A DNA stretch of 64,000 bases from Malacoraja senta (taxonomy: Eukaryota), in assembly GCA_038087875.1 (NCBI GenBank), contig JAXLNO010000423.1:1-64000 (forward strand), written 5' to 3'. Both the position numbers and the translations under genes were made by a program. The notes below the pieces were generated by a model. That model worked only from the letters and a program-made list of their open reading frames with translations. It was not told the origin of the DNA and did no database searches. The first letter of the stretch is position 1, and the number at the start of each line of letters is the position of its first letter. Shown here piece after piece: positions 26,261 through 38,479 of the stretch.

Positions 26261-26779
26261 AATGTCTTGCTGCAATATCTCCCTGCTTCCTGGTGTGTGG
26301 TGGCTTGCTGAAACAAACATTTTCAGTCAGGATCCCACTCTGCTGGTCTAAACAACCCCCTGCAGATCACCTGGACGTTTCTTTCAGTTGGAATTCTTAC
26401 TGCCACAGGACTCCTATAACACTGTCCCCATTCTGCTGCCTGCCTGATGTAAAGGAATTTCCTCTTGGATCTCATGGACCAGGACTTGCATGTTCCATTG
26501 TGTCAACATAGGTGTTTTGTAACCCCCCCCTAACAGCCTTTGTGTCCTCCGTGGCAGTCAAAGGATGCGTTGCAGTGCTGTGTCTGCCCTTGAGGGGTTA
26601 TTGTCTTTCTTTCAATACCGCACAGCAACACAACAGGATCTTTGTGAAATAGTTGGGAAGCACACAGGGCCCATTGTAGGACTTGTTTTTGGGTGCAAGT
26701 TACCCACTAACAGCATTACATAGTGGATTTTGTGTCATGCAGAGGACCTGATTAGACATTGGCATAAAATTTAGCCATG

Positions 26780-27085
26780 GTTTAATGAGGGGGGACCTCA
26801 TTGAAATGTACAGAATAGTGAAAGGCTTGGATAGTGTGGATGTGGAGAGGATGTGGGAGAGTCTAGGACACTGGAGAGTCTTTGCCACAGAAGGCTGTGA
26901 AGGCCAAGTCAGTGAATATATTTAAGGCAGAGATCGATTTTTTCCTGATTAGTATAGGGTCAGAGGTTATGGGGAGAAGGTAGGAGAATGGGGTTAGGAG
27001 GGGGAGATAGATCAGCCATGATTGAATGGCGGAGTAGACTTGATGGGCCAAATGGCCTAATTCTACTGCTATCACATGATCTTAT
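26780..27085 (+). mobile_element. CR1-type LINE 3' fragment
   Basis: RGDLIEMYRIVKGLD remnant and typical 3' UTR. Confidence 0.75.
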
Positions 27086-28075
27086 GATAAGATAAGATAT
27101 CACATGATCTTATGATAAGATAATATCTTATGATCATAAGATTATAAGGGATATTGGGTGGTGCCGTGAGCCTTTCGACTTTTTGTGATTGTTAGTACAT
27201 CTAAATGAATGTTTTAATGTTTCTCGGTATGTGTGATGTGGGGAGTGTGGGGGGAGGGGAGAATAGGGGCAAACGATTTCAGTCACTTACCTCGACGGAG
27301 ATGTGACTTTTCTCCTTGTCTCATCTTTGCCCCCCTCACAGCCTAACAACTGGATTGATGTGGCCTTTCCAGACCGGAGACCGGCCCAGAGCATCAGTGG
27401 CAGCTACCATCACGGAGCCTGCGATCCTTTGTCGATCGCGGGGCCTGCTGACTGCAGCGGTCTTCGGAGCTTCTAGCCGCGGGCGCAGCGTGGACTTACC
27501 ATCGCGGAGCCTGGGATCCCTTGCTGTGGTTCGCCAGAAGAAGTGCTCCAAACGCTGGCCCGTGGTCTGTTAACATCGTGAAGCCGCAGTCTCCGGTAAG
27601 AAGTGGCGAGTTCAGGATCCGTCCCTACGTCGGAGTTTCGATCATCCCGACGAGAGGGCTTGTACATTGGACCTTCCGTAGCGGCAACTGCGGAGGGTTC
27701 AAAGCCCCGACCACGGGTGAACAAATGGAGGAAGATTGACCGAAATGTATCGCCTTCCATCACAGTGAGGAATGTTGATTCCACTGTGATGGATGTTTAT
27801 GTTAAACTCTATCATTTACTAGACTAAGTGGGACCCGTTGGGTCCCATGTTCACACGGGAGGGCTGGTCCCCCAATGCAATATTCCACCTCTCCACCAAT
27901 TCCAATATTGGTGGCCAGTGGGGGGGGGGGGGGGGGCTTTCTGGAACGCTAGTATGGACATTGTGGGCCAAATGGATTCTTGGGGTGGCAGCTCAGTCAC
28001 TCAAGCCTGATGTGCTGGCAGCTCACTCACGGCTGGTGGGCTGGCATTTGACACGGCTATTCCTTGAAATTCCAT

Positions 28076-28707
28076 TTCAAGCAGGGTGCAAGCCACCAAA
28101 TTCAAGTGCAGTTTCCTACCATTTCAAGCAGGGTGCAAGGCCAACGAATTCAAGTGCCCTTTCTTACCACTTCAAGCAGGGTGCAAGGCTACCAAATGCA
28201 AGTGCAATTTCATACCACTTCAAGCAGGGTGCAAGGCCACCAAATTCAAGTGCAATTTCATACCTTCAAGCAGGGTGCAAGGCCACCAAACTCAAGTGCA
28301 GTTTCCTACCACTTTAAGCAGGGTGCAGGGCCTCCAAATTCAAGTGCAGTTTCATGCCATTTCATACAGGGTGCAAGGCCACCAAATTCAAGTACAGTTT
28401 CATGCCATTTCAAGCAGCATGCAAGGCCACCAAATTCAAGTGCAGTTTCATACCACTTCAAGCAGGGTGCAAGACAACCAAATTCAAGTGCAGTTTCATA
28501 CCATTTCAAGCAGGGTGCAAGGCCACCAAATTCAAGTGCAGTTTCTGACCACTTCAAGCAGGGTGCAAGGCCACCAAATTCAAGTGCAGTTTCATACCAT
28601 TTCAAGCAGGGTGCAAGGCCACCAAATTCAAATGCAGTTTCACACCATTTCATGCAGGGTGCAAGACCTCCACATTCAAATGCAGTTTCATACCATTTCA
28701 AGCAGGG
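28076..28707. repeat. 48-bp minisatellite, about 13 copies
   Basis: Unit ttcaagcagggtgcaaggccaccaaattcaagtgcagtttcataccat. Confidence 0.95.
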
Positions 28708-28844
28708 TGAAACCACCATAAAACCACACAAAACACCACAAAACACCACATAAACACCACACTCACAGTTCAGTAGGCATTCAGTGTGTTCAGTTGATTC
28801 ACAGCTCAGACAGAGTCATGACCTCTCCCTCCCCATCTGGCAGA

Positions 28845-28928
28845 GACTGAGCCACATCCATTCTTCCGGATTTTATAATCCCTCCCCTCCCACCAGAAGG
28901 GTCGTGGCCTTCATGGCGTGATTGACAG
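28845..28928 (-). promoter_or_regulatory. Core Pol II promoter-like module 1
   Basis: TATAAAA (28877-28871), CCGGAAG, and TCAGTC Inr-like motif 29 nt downstream. TGATTGACAG at 28919-28928. Confidence 0.45.
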
Positions 28929-29117
28929 GAGAGAGATTCTCAACATTTTTTAAACACTAATAACACTTTTATTTTTCATTGATGGGAAGAATCCTCTGCA
29001 CCTGAACGGAGGGGGACTGAGTAATATGGCCAAAAATCACAGCCGTAAGTGGTAGCATTTTATCTAAAATCAATATACAGTGCAAACAGGAAGTTGTCAA
29101 GTTTAGACTTTTTTTCC

Positions 29118-30020
29118 TGTGCTTTCTTTCAAACCAACCACCACCAACAACCATTTGCTGTTCTTTATTTCCAACCAACAACCATTTGCTGTACTTTATT
29201 TCAAACCAACCACCACCAACAACCATTTGCTGTTCTTTATTTCCAACCAACCACCACCAACAACCATTTGCTGTGCTTTCTTTCAAACCAACCACCACCA
29301 ACAACCATTTGCAGTGCTTTATTTCAAACCAACTACCACCAACAACCATTCGCTGTGCTTTATTTCAACTAACCACCGCCAACAACCATTCGCTGTGCCT
29401 TATTCCAAGCCAACCACCACCACCAACCATTTGCTGTGCTTTATTTCCAACTAACCACCAACAACCATTTGCTGTGCTTTATTTCAAACCAGCAACCATT
29501 TGCTGTGCTTTATTTCCAACTAACCACCAACAACCATTTGCTGTGCTTTATTTCAAACCAGCAACCGTTTGCTGTGATTTCTTTCAAACCAACCACCACC
29601 ACCAACCATTTGCTGTGCTTTATTTCCAACTAACCACCACCAACCATTTGCTGTGCTTTATTTCCAACTAACCACCAACAACCATTTGCTGTGCTTTATT
29701 TCAAACCAGCAACCGTTTGCTGTGCTTTCTTTCAAACCAACCACCACCACCAACCATTTGCTGTGCTTTATTTCCAACTAACCACCAACAACCATTTGCT
29801 GTGCTTTATTTCCAACTAACCACCAACAACCATTTGCTGTGCTTTATTTCCAACTAACCACCAACAACCATTTGCTGTGCTTTATTTCCAACTAACCACC
29901 AACAACCATTTGCTGTGCTTTATTTCAAACCAACCACCACCAACAACCGTTTGCTGTGCTTTCTTTCAAACCAACCACCACCACCAACCATTTGCTGTAC
30001 TTTATTTCAAACCAACCACA
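29118..30020. repeat. Variable-unit (about 30-41 bp) minisatellite
   Basis: Unit ccatttgctgtgctttatttc(c/a)aac(c/t)aaccaccaacaa with variable (acc)n. Confidence 0.95.
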
Positions 30021-30152
30021 CTTTCAATTTCAAACCACATTAAGGGCACTCAAAGTCAGTAAAACCACACTCATAGTTTAGTAGACATGTGTTCAGTGTT
30101 ATTCATAGCTCAGAATGAGAGACGTGACCCTCTCGCTCCCCCATTTTGCAGA

Positions 30153-30210
30153 GACTGACTGAGGTACTCAACACTTCCGAGTTTTATAGTCCCTCCGGAA
30201 GGGGCGAGGT
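30153..30210 (-). promoter_or_regulatory. Core Pol II promoter-like module 2
   Basis: TATAAAA (30188-30182), CGGAAG, TCAGTC 28/32 nt downstream, ggggcg upstream. Confidence 0.45.
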
Positions 30211-30954
30211 CTTCAGGAGAGGGACTCTCAACATTTCTTAAACACTAATAACTCTTTTATTTTTCATCGATGGGAAAAATCCACTTGTCTTGCACAGCGG
30301 AGGGGGACTTTGAGTAAGATGGCCAAAAATCACAGCCATAAGTGGCAGCATTTTTTCAAAAATCAATATGCAGGACAACAGGAAGTGGTCAAATTCAGAC
30401 TTTTAGTAATATAGATTGTGTTCTTTTTACGTCTATGGCTCTATGGTAACTCAAATATCACTGTACCTTAATTGGTACATGTGACATTAAATGTGAACTT
30501 GAACTTGATCTTAATGCGCCAAAAATAGGTGCCATCAAGCTTATGGACATTTGTTTGTTATTATTGTTTCTTGAATAAAGTTTTATCATATCGTATCGTA
30601 ACAGAGGAAATCTGACACCCAAGCTACATACAGGAAACTCCCAGAAACAAAACAGTGATAATGGACAGGTAACCTATTCTCAACTACTCTTGTTTCTGTT
30701 CAGACTTCTGTATGGTCCTCCTATAAACTAGGGTGTAGTCCCAATCTTCCAACCTACTCATTGGGGACATTGGACATTTTCTCTGGAACTGTAATGCTCC
30801 AATACTGTGAAACTATATATTGCACGCTGGTATTTTTCTCTTTGTACTGCCTGTTGTACTTTGGTTTGGCCTGATTGTTCTCACGTGTAGTGTTATCTGA
30901 TTTAATTAGATAGCACACAAACAATAGCCTTTCACTGTATCTCAGTGCACATGA

Positions 30955-32505
30955 TACATAGATACATAGATACATAGAAAATAGGTGCAGGAGTAGGCCA
31001 TTCGGCCCTTCGAGCCTGCACGTCCATTCAATATGATCATGGCTGATCATCCAACTCAGTATCCCGTACCTGCCTTCTCTCCATACCCCCTGATCCCTTT
31101 AGCCTCAAGGGCCACATCTAACTCCCTCTTAAATATAGCCAATGAACTGGCCTCAACTACCCTCTGTGGCAGAGAGTTCCAGAGATTCACATTCAATATG
31201 ATAATAATATTTATTTTTAAAACAGTGTACTGCTTGGTGGTCCTTTGCAGCATCCGCAGAGACTGGGGGAGCTTCAGTTTATTGTCATCTCAATGTGATA
31301 GGAACGTAGAAAATAGGTGCAGGAGTAGGCCATTCGACCCATCAAGCCAGCACCGCCATTCAATATGATCATGGCTGATCATCCAAAATCAGTATCCTGT
31401 TCCTGCTTTCTCCCCAGATCCATTGATTCCGTTAGCCCTAAGAGCTATATCTAACTCTCTCTTGAATACATCCAGTGGATTGGCCTCCACTGCCTACTAT
31501 GCCATAGATTCACAACTCTCTGGGTGAAAATGTTTTTCCTCATCTCTGTCCCAAATGGCCGACCCTTTATTCTTAAACTGTGACCCCTGGTTCTGGACTT
31601 TCGAAAAAAATCAGGAACATTTTTCCTGCATCTAGCCTGTCCAATCCCTTAAGAATGTTATATGTTTTTGTAAGATTCCCTCTCATCCTAAATTTTAGTG
31701 AATATAAGCCCATCTAGCACTCACTCACTCACTCACTCACTCAGTATTGTCCTGCAGTCTCAAGCAAGGTTTTGCACTCAGACCTGCTGAGGATCGTGGA
31801 TGTGAATCTAATGGGCAGCAATAAGTCTACGGAGACCAACAGTAAAATTGAGCTGGTGTTTCCTCATCTCCATTCTAAATGGCTCACCACAAACTGTGGC
31901 CCCTGGTTCTGGACTCCCCCAACATCGGGAACATGTTTCCTGCCTCTAGCATGTCCAAACCCTTAATAATCTTATATGTTTCAATAAGATGCCCTCTCAT
32001 CCTTCTAAACTCTAGAGTAAACAAGCCCAGCCGCTCCATTCTCTCAACATATGTCAGTCCCGCCATCCCGGGAATTAACCTTGTAAACCTACGCTGCACT
32101 CACTCAATAGCAATAATGTCCTTCCTCAAATTAGGGGACCAAAACTGCACACAATACTCCAGGTGTGGAGTCATTAGGGCACTATACAACCGCAGAAGGA
32201 CCTCTTTGCGCTTATACTCAACTAATCTTGTTATGAAGGCCAACATGCCATTCACTTTCTTCACTGCCTGTTGTACCTGCATGCTTACTTTCATTGACTG
32301 ATGAACAAGGACCCCCCAGATCCCGCTGTACTTCCCCTTTTCCCAACTTGACACCATTTAGATAATAATCTGCCTTCCTGTATTTGCTACCAAAGTGGAT
32401 AACATCACATTTATCCACATTAAACTGCATCTGCCATGCATCTGCCCACTCACCCAACCTGTCCAAATCACCCTGCATTCTCATAACATCCTCTTCACAG
32501 TTCAC
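30955..32505 (-). mobile_element. Cluster of CR1-type LINE fragments (30955-31190, 31300-31710, 31860-32505)
   Basis: WQMQFNVDKC, PHLEYCVQFWSP, QRRFTRLIPG, ESRTRGHS; (tatgtatc)n tails. Confidence 0.85.
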
Positions 32506-33349
32506 ATGTGGATATGGGGCAAATGCAGGCAGGGGGGACTATTGTAGATGGGACATGTTGGTCGGTGTGGGCAAGTTGGGCCGAAGGGCCTGTTTCCACA
32601 CGGTATGACTCTTTGACTCTCTGACTGGTTGATGGTCAACAAAAGAAAGGCTTATTTTCATGCTGGGAGACTCCATGAGGGAATGGAGCTGTAGTGAAAG
32701 ATTGTAAATTGGAATTTTATATATCAAAGAATATAGTAGGCTGGGGAATCCAGACGCAAAGAAACTGCAGATGCTGTAATCTTGAGGAAAACACAAAGTG
32801 CTGGAGGAACTCAACATATCAGGCTGCATCTGAGGAAGGAATGGAGTGAAAGATGGTCCCAAACGAAAATGTCACATGTCCTTTCCCACCTCAGATGTTG
32901 TCTGACCCATTGAGGTCTCCCAGCACTTAGTGTTTTGGCTGAGGAACCTGCCTTTGGATTCCAGTCCGATGTTGCGATGATTCAGAATCCCGCTGGTTCC
33001 GTGGGAATTCTAATCATGGTGGCTGGCAACCAAAGGCAAGTTAATTTACTCCTTCAATTTATTGTTGTTAATTAACATTTTGTCGGGTTTTTTTGTTATT
33101 GGTTTAATCGTCTAAAATTATTTGTAGTAGTTTCTATATGCATCTGTACATTAGGCATTTAAACACTATTCAAGGTCTCACAAGTCTGTGGTTTTGCCCT
33201 CCAGACTTGTCCCTTTACCCCTCTTGATGTTGGGAGAAGTGGGCAAGGAGGGCTGACTCAGCTGAGACCCAGTAACAGCTGTGACCATTGTTATCCTCGA
33301 CACATGTCTCTGGGGCTGGGAGAGCCCAAACAGTTAAAGTCATAGAGTC

Positions 33350-33445
33350 AAAGGTACACAAAAATGCTGGAGAAACTCAGCGGGTGCAGCAGCATCTATG
33401 GAGCGAAGGAAATAGGCAACGTTTCGGGCCGAAACCCTTCTTCAG
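33350..33445 (-). mobile_element. Penelope-like pLTR fragment with intact hammerhead-like core
   Basis: Minus strand CTGAAGA-agggtttcggccc-GAAAC-gtt (33445-33418), followed by the gatgctgctgcacccgctgagtttctccagc body. Confidence 0.7.
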
Positions 33446-33559
33446 AGTCATAGAGTCATTGTATTCAGCTTGGAATCAGGTCCTTTGGACCCAACCATTC
33501 CTTGCCAACCATCAAGCACCCATTCACGCTCATGCCAGTTTATTGTCCACACATCCCCA

Positions 33560-34050
33560 TCAAGCTAGAAAGGGTGCAGAGAAGATTTACGAGGATGTTG
33601 CCAGGACTCGAGGGCCTGAACTATAGGGAGAGGTTGAACAGGCTCGGACTCTATTCCTTGGAGCAGAGGAGGATGAGGGTTGATCTTATAGAAGTGTACA
33701 AAATCATGAGAGGAATAGATCAGGTAGATGCGCAGGGACTCTTGCCCAGAGTAGGGGGAATCGTGAACCAGAGGACATGGGTTTAAGTTGAAGGGGAAAA
33801 GATTTAGTGAGGGGTAACATTTTCACACAAAGAATGGTGGGAGTATGGAACGGGTTGGTAGGAGGTAGTTGAGGCAGGTACAATCGCAACATTTAAGAAA
33901 CATTTAGATAGGTACATCTATCATTTAGAGAGGTTTAGAGGGATATGGGCCAAAGGCAGGCAGGTGGGACTAGTGTAGATGGGACACATTGGTCGGTGTG
34001 GGCAAGTTGAGTAGAGGGACCTGTTTCCACGCTGTAAGACTCGCTGACTC
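33560..34050 (+). mobile_element. CR1-type LINE 3' fragment
   Basis: KLERVQRRFTRMLPGLEGLNYRERLNRLGLYSLEQRR. Confidence 0.85.
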
Positions 34051-34565
34051 TAACTCCTTCTCTTCCCAAGATTCTGCCACTCACCTACGGGAGTGTTTTC
34101 AGGGTGAGGAAAGAAAGCATAGTACCTGGGGAAGAAAACCACATGGTCACAGGAGGAACATGCAAACTCCACACAGACAGCATTGGCAGGTTGTGATTGA
34201 AGCCAGGTCCCGGGAGATGTAAAGCAGCAACTCTACCAGTTGTACCATGGTGTTGTCCATAGTGGTTCCACATATCCATAATAGGTCAGTGTGGGAGGGG
34301 TGGAGTAAGCATTTAACTGCTGGTCCATTGTCTGTGGTGGGCCAGATAGAGTGCATAGAGTCATTGAGTCTTATAGTATGGAAACAGGCCCTTCAGCCCA
34401 ACTTGTCCACACCGGCCAACTTGTCCCATCTACACTTGTCCCACATCCCTGCATTTGGCCCATATCCCTGTAAACCTGTCCTAACCATGTACCTGTCTAA
34501 ATACTTTTTAAACAATGCAATAATACCTGCCTCAACTACCACCTCCGGCAGCTTATTCCATTAAT

Positions 34566-36560
34566 CGGTACCCGGACATGGCGTAGAAAGATGAGAAACT
34601 GAAGCAAAGAAGTCAAAGCTAAATAACCGAACGGAAACAAAGCCAAAACGCCAAATAACCGAAAGCATACGAAGCCGAAAGGGTGGGACGCCTGAAAGCA
34701 AACTAACTGAAAGGGCGGATGCCTAAAAGCCAACTAACCGAAAGGATGGGACGCCTAAAAGCAAACACACGGAAAGGGCGCTCTGCCGAAACGCCAACTC
34801 ACCGAAAGGCTGCTTAGTCTACAAGCCAACTCAACGAATGGCCGCTCTGCCGAAAAGTCAAATAACGGACATGACGTCGCTGGGGGAGCGGGACTTGTCA
34901 GCGATTGTTCCAGACCCCCGCGTCCATCATATCACTGGCCGGGGGAGACGAGAGGGTGGAGGTCATTTTCCCATACTAGCCAAAGGCAGCTGGGCACTCT
35001 GAACTCGAGCACCAATTTATAAGCAGCCGTAGGAGCGCATCCCCCAGGACAGCCCCCATTCTCCCACAGCCACGGCCGCCCTCCACCTCATCTCCCCCGT
35101 GCTGCCACACCGTGACAGGCTGTGTGTCGGCAGCGCCGGGTGGAGCAGAAGTGTGGGACAGGCTGGTCCCTCCGCCCTCCCAGAATCACTGACCGCAATG
35201 CACCGCATTAAAACTCAAAAAAGAGTTACTGATTTTAAAACAAAAATGTTACATGTATAAATAGTTCTTACATTCAGGAACCTGGTTAATTAAGTGGCGG
35301 GATTATTTCCCTGTCCTAACTATGCAGCCGGTGGTTACATCCATTCCGGCTAAAGCAGTCACGAATGGATGTTGAAGCTGGAGTAACTCAGTCTTCAGGT
35401 CTGAAGAAGGGTCTCGACCCAAAACGTCACCCATTCCTTCTCTCCAGAGATGCTGCCTGTCCCACTGAGTTACTCCAGCTTTTTATGTCCATCTTCGGTT
35501 AAAACAGTTTACAGATTACCTGGTGTTTTGTGCGTGGGTGCTTGTTGTGTGCGTTACGCAGGAAACCAGACGGTAATAAATAAAACGTGCTTCTTGTTGT
35601 CGGGGGGGGGGGGGGGAGTGGGAGAAGATTCAATTGTTCTTTGTCATGCACACTTGTCATCGGCCTGCCAGGGAATTTGTGTGTCCCCCCATGTTTTAAT
35701 AGCCATTTACTATGTCTGCCACTGCCCCGAGCCATCTGTCCCCGCGGCTAGGGTGGGGTGAATCACCCGGTGTGGGTGTCAGGCAATAAATCACCCCGTG
35801 TGTGGGTCGGGGTCCAGTGGTCGGTGGGGGGTGAATCACCCCGTGTGGGTGTCGGGGTCCGATGGAGGTGCATCGCGGTCAATGACTCTGGGTGGGCGGA
35901 GGGACCAGCCTGTCCCTCACCTCTGCTCCACCCGATGCTGCCGACACATGGCCCGTCACAGTGCGGCCACACGGGGGAGATGAGGTGGAGGGCGGCCGTG
36001 GCCGTGGGAGAGTGGGGGCTGTCCCGAGGGATGCGCTCCTTCGGCCACTTACAACTTGGTGCTCGGGTTCAGAATGCCCAGTCATCTATGGCTTGTGTGG
36101 GAAAATGACCCCCACCCTCCCGTCTCCATCGGCCAATGATGTGATGGACGCGGGGGTCTGGACCAATCGCTGACAAGTCCCGCCCCCCCCCCCCGGTGAT
36201 GTCATGTCTGTTATTTAACTTTTCGGCAGAGCGGCCATTCAGTGAGTTGGCTTGTAGGCGAAGAAGCCTTTCAGTGAGTTGGCGTTTCGGCAGAGCGGCC
36301 TTTCAGTGAGTTTGCTATTAGGCGTCCCACCCTTTCGGTTAGTTGGCTTTTAGACATCCCGCCCTTTCAGTTAGTTTGCTTTTAGGCGTCCCGCCCTTTC
36401 AGTTAGTTTGCTTTTAGGCATCCCACCCTTTCGGTTAGTTGGCGTTTCGGCTTTGTACGCTTTCGGTTATTTGGCGTTTCGGCTTCATTTCCGTTCTGTT
36501 ACTTGGCTTCCACTTCTTTGCTTTGGCCTCTCGTCCTTCGACGCCACATCTGCACACGCC
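34566..36560. mobile_element. Foldback-like non-autonomous DNA element with about 640-690 bp inverted arms
   Basis: 34566-35204 is an inverted homolog of 35867-36560, with internal gccgaaa/aactaaccgaaagg subrepeats. attaat lies on both flanks. It interrupts a CR1 3' fragment (34355-34560, 36567-36680). Confidence 0.8.
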
Positions 36561-37929
36561 ATTAATCTACCACCCTTTGCCTAAAAAAGTTACCCCTCAG
36601 GTTCCTATCAAATTCTTTCCCCCCTCACCTTAAATCTATGAGCTCTGGTTCTTGATTCCCCTACTCTGGGCAAGAGGCTTTGTATGTCTGTGTGAATGCC
36701 ATATTACAAGGAAGCTCGCTATAATATCACACAAATAATATATGATGCAAGATTAATTAGAGTCAGAAATTGTGCTGCTTAAGAATTCAAAACCCATTGC
36801 ATGAAAACAGAACAATTCAATGTTATCTTGCTCATTTAAAGGATGTGTTACTGAGCATCCTCATTACCCTCAGGCTGTTGAAAGTAAATCTTAACAAGGC
36901 CATTTCTTATGCGTGCTTAGACTGGACAGATTGAAACTGGTGCTCTGTCATCACATGGAAAGATATTTATCCTGAAAAATAATGTGATGCCTAAATTGAA
37001 ATGTCTTTCCATTGTTCTCCCAGTAGGATGCTCAGCACTCCATCAAAATTAGGCAAATGTTCAGATGAAAATCCCCAGGCATCATCCTTAGCTGAATACT
37101 ACATTCCCGAGACAAGGGATTTTTCCACACATCATTTGAAAGAAACTGACCAAGTGGTACAGAAAATTGCTTTCCTTTCAGCTATTGCTACTTTAATCAC
37201 CATAGTTTGTGATAATGGGTAATCAGCATGGGGCTAGGGAGACATTTTGTGCTTTATGTACTTATCCATAATGGTTTCATATCAAAGGAAAAACTAAAGC
37301 CTAATGGTGCTTAGGCGTTTACAATACAGATGGAGGCTAATTAGCATTTGAACAACAATAGAAAGCACTGGACACAGTGTGCAGATCCGATGGCATCTGT
37401 GGAGATAGGTCAGTGTTTCAAGTGGAAATATATCAATGTGAACTGTCCACTCTGCTTCTCTCTCTTCAGATGCTTCTGAGTTTCTCCGTTTTCATTTCAA
37501 GCTTTGAGCATCCGCAGGCTTTTGGCCCAAAATTAACATCCAGAGTGACGGGCTAGTTTTGCTGGATCAATCCAAGACTGACAGGACCCTGTGAAATGCT
37601 TTGGGTCCCAGCTACATCCTGGCCGCGATGCTGAAGACCTGTCCTTGAGAATTAGCCGCATCTCGAGCCAAGCTGCTCCATTCCAGCAATAACACGGGGA
37701 TCGACGGGCAATGTGGACAATTGCCCAGCTATGTTCTGTCAGCAAAGTCTTGCGAATCGCCTCAGCCTACTCTAGCAAATTAGTACTCTTTGCTATTTTA
37801 GCAAAGTGAGAACAGGTGTGGTGGATCATGCTTTCATGCAGAATGTATTCACTAACAACTAACTTGGTCATGGAGTTACATGGAGGCAGCATGGAAACAG
37901 GCCTGTTAAAGTGCGGGATAGTGGGAGAA

Positions 37930-38310
37930 ATTAGTGTGGTCTGGCACGGGGGGGGGGGGGGGTCGGAGGGGGAGACGGGGAAGGGTGAGGGCGAAGGGGG
38001 AGGGCGAAGGGGGCAGGGAAGGGTTTGGTTGTTACCTAAAATTGGAGATTTCATTGTTCACATCATTGGGTTCTAAGCTACGGGTGAAGCAGACTCGATG
38101 GGCCAAATGGCCTCTTTCTGCTCCTACATCTTGTGGTCTAATATCAGGTGCTGTTCCTGCAGTTTACGTGTGGCCTCACTCTGGCAATTGAGGAGAATGT
38201 TGGCATGGGAATGGGAGGGGGAGTTAAAATGGTTAGCAACTGGGGAGTGGCCGGAGGCCAAGATGGACAGAGCTCAAATGTTCGGTGAAATGGTCGCCTA
38301 GTCTATACAT
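37930..38310 (-). mobile_element. Penelope-like GIY-YIG remnant
   Basis: Homologous to 26160-26260 (gtggcctcactctggca, gtgctgttcc, atttcattgttcacatcattggg). Confidence 0.65.
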
Positions 38311-38479
38311 GAGCTCGCTGCAAAACTCTATCTAATTTAACATGAGGATGATGCACTACAGAGAATGCCATAAGTGGAATTTGAGATCTGTCTCTAAAGG
38401 GGACTATGCAGTGTTCACTCTAACAATACAATGGGCAAATGCCTCTGAGACAGAATGTTTGGGCACATATGTACAAGAC

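Larger units (their letters stand above)
27819..30415 (-). mobile_element. Non-autonomous Helitron, 2597 bp
   Basis: Minus strand begins TCTATATTACT and ends CTAG. An 8-bp-stem hairpin tgggaccc/gggtccca (27829-27847) sits just before the 3' end. Inserted between A and T with no TSD. Confidence 0.85.
27155..30508 (+). mobile_element. GC-rich non-autonomous retroposon (Rex/Babar-like tail), split by the Helitron
   Basis: Shares its architecture with 43052, 54990 and 61525; ends gtacatgtgacattaaatgt(gaactt)2. Confidence 0.6.

Noticed and set aside
27286..27310. U1 snRNA-like start (acttacct..ggagat), also near 61672
   Set aside because: The match is short and gapped, and absent from the other two family members.
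28076..30020. CRISPR-like appearance of the regular arrays
   Set aside because: Units are contiguous with no unique spacers, there are no cas genes, and the context is eukaryotic.
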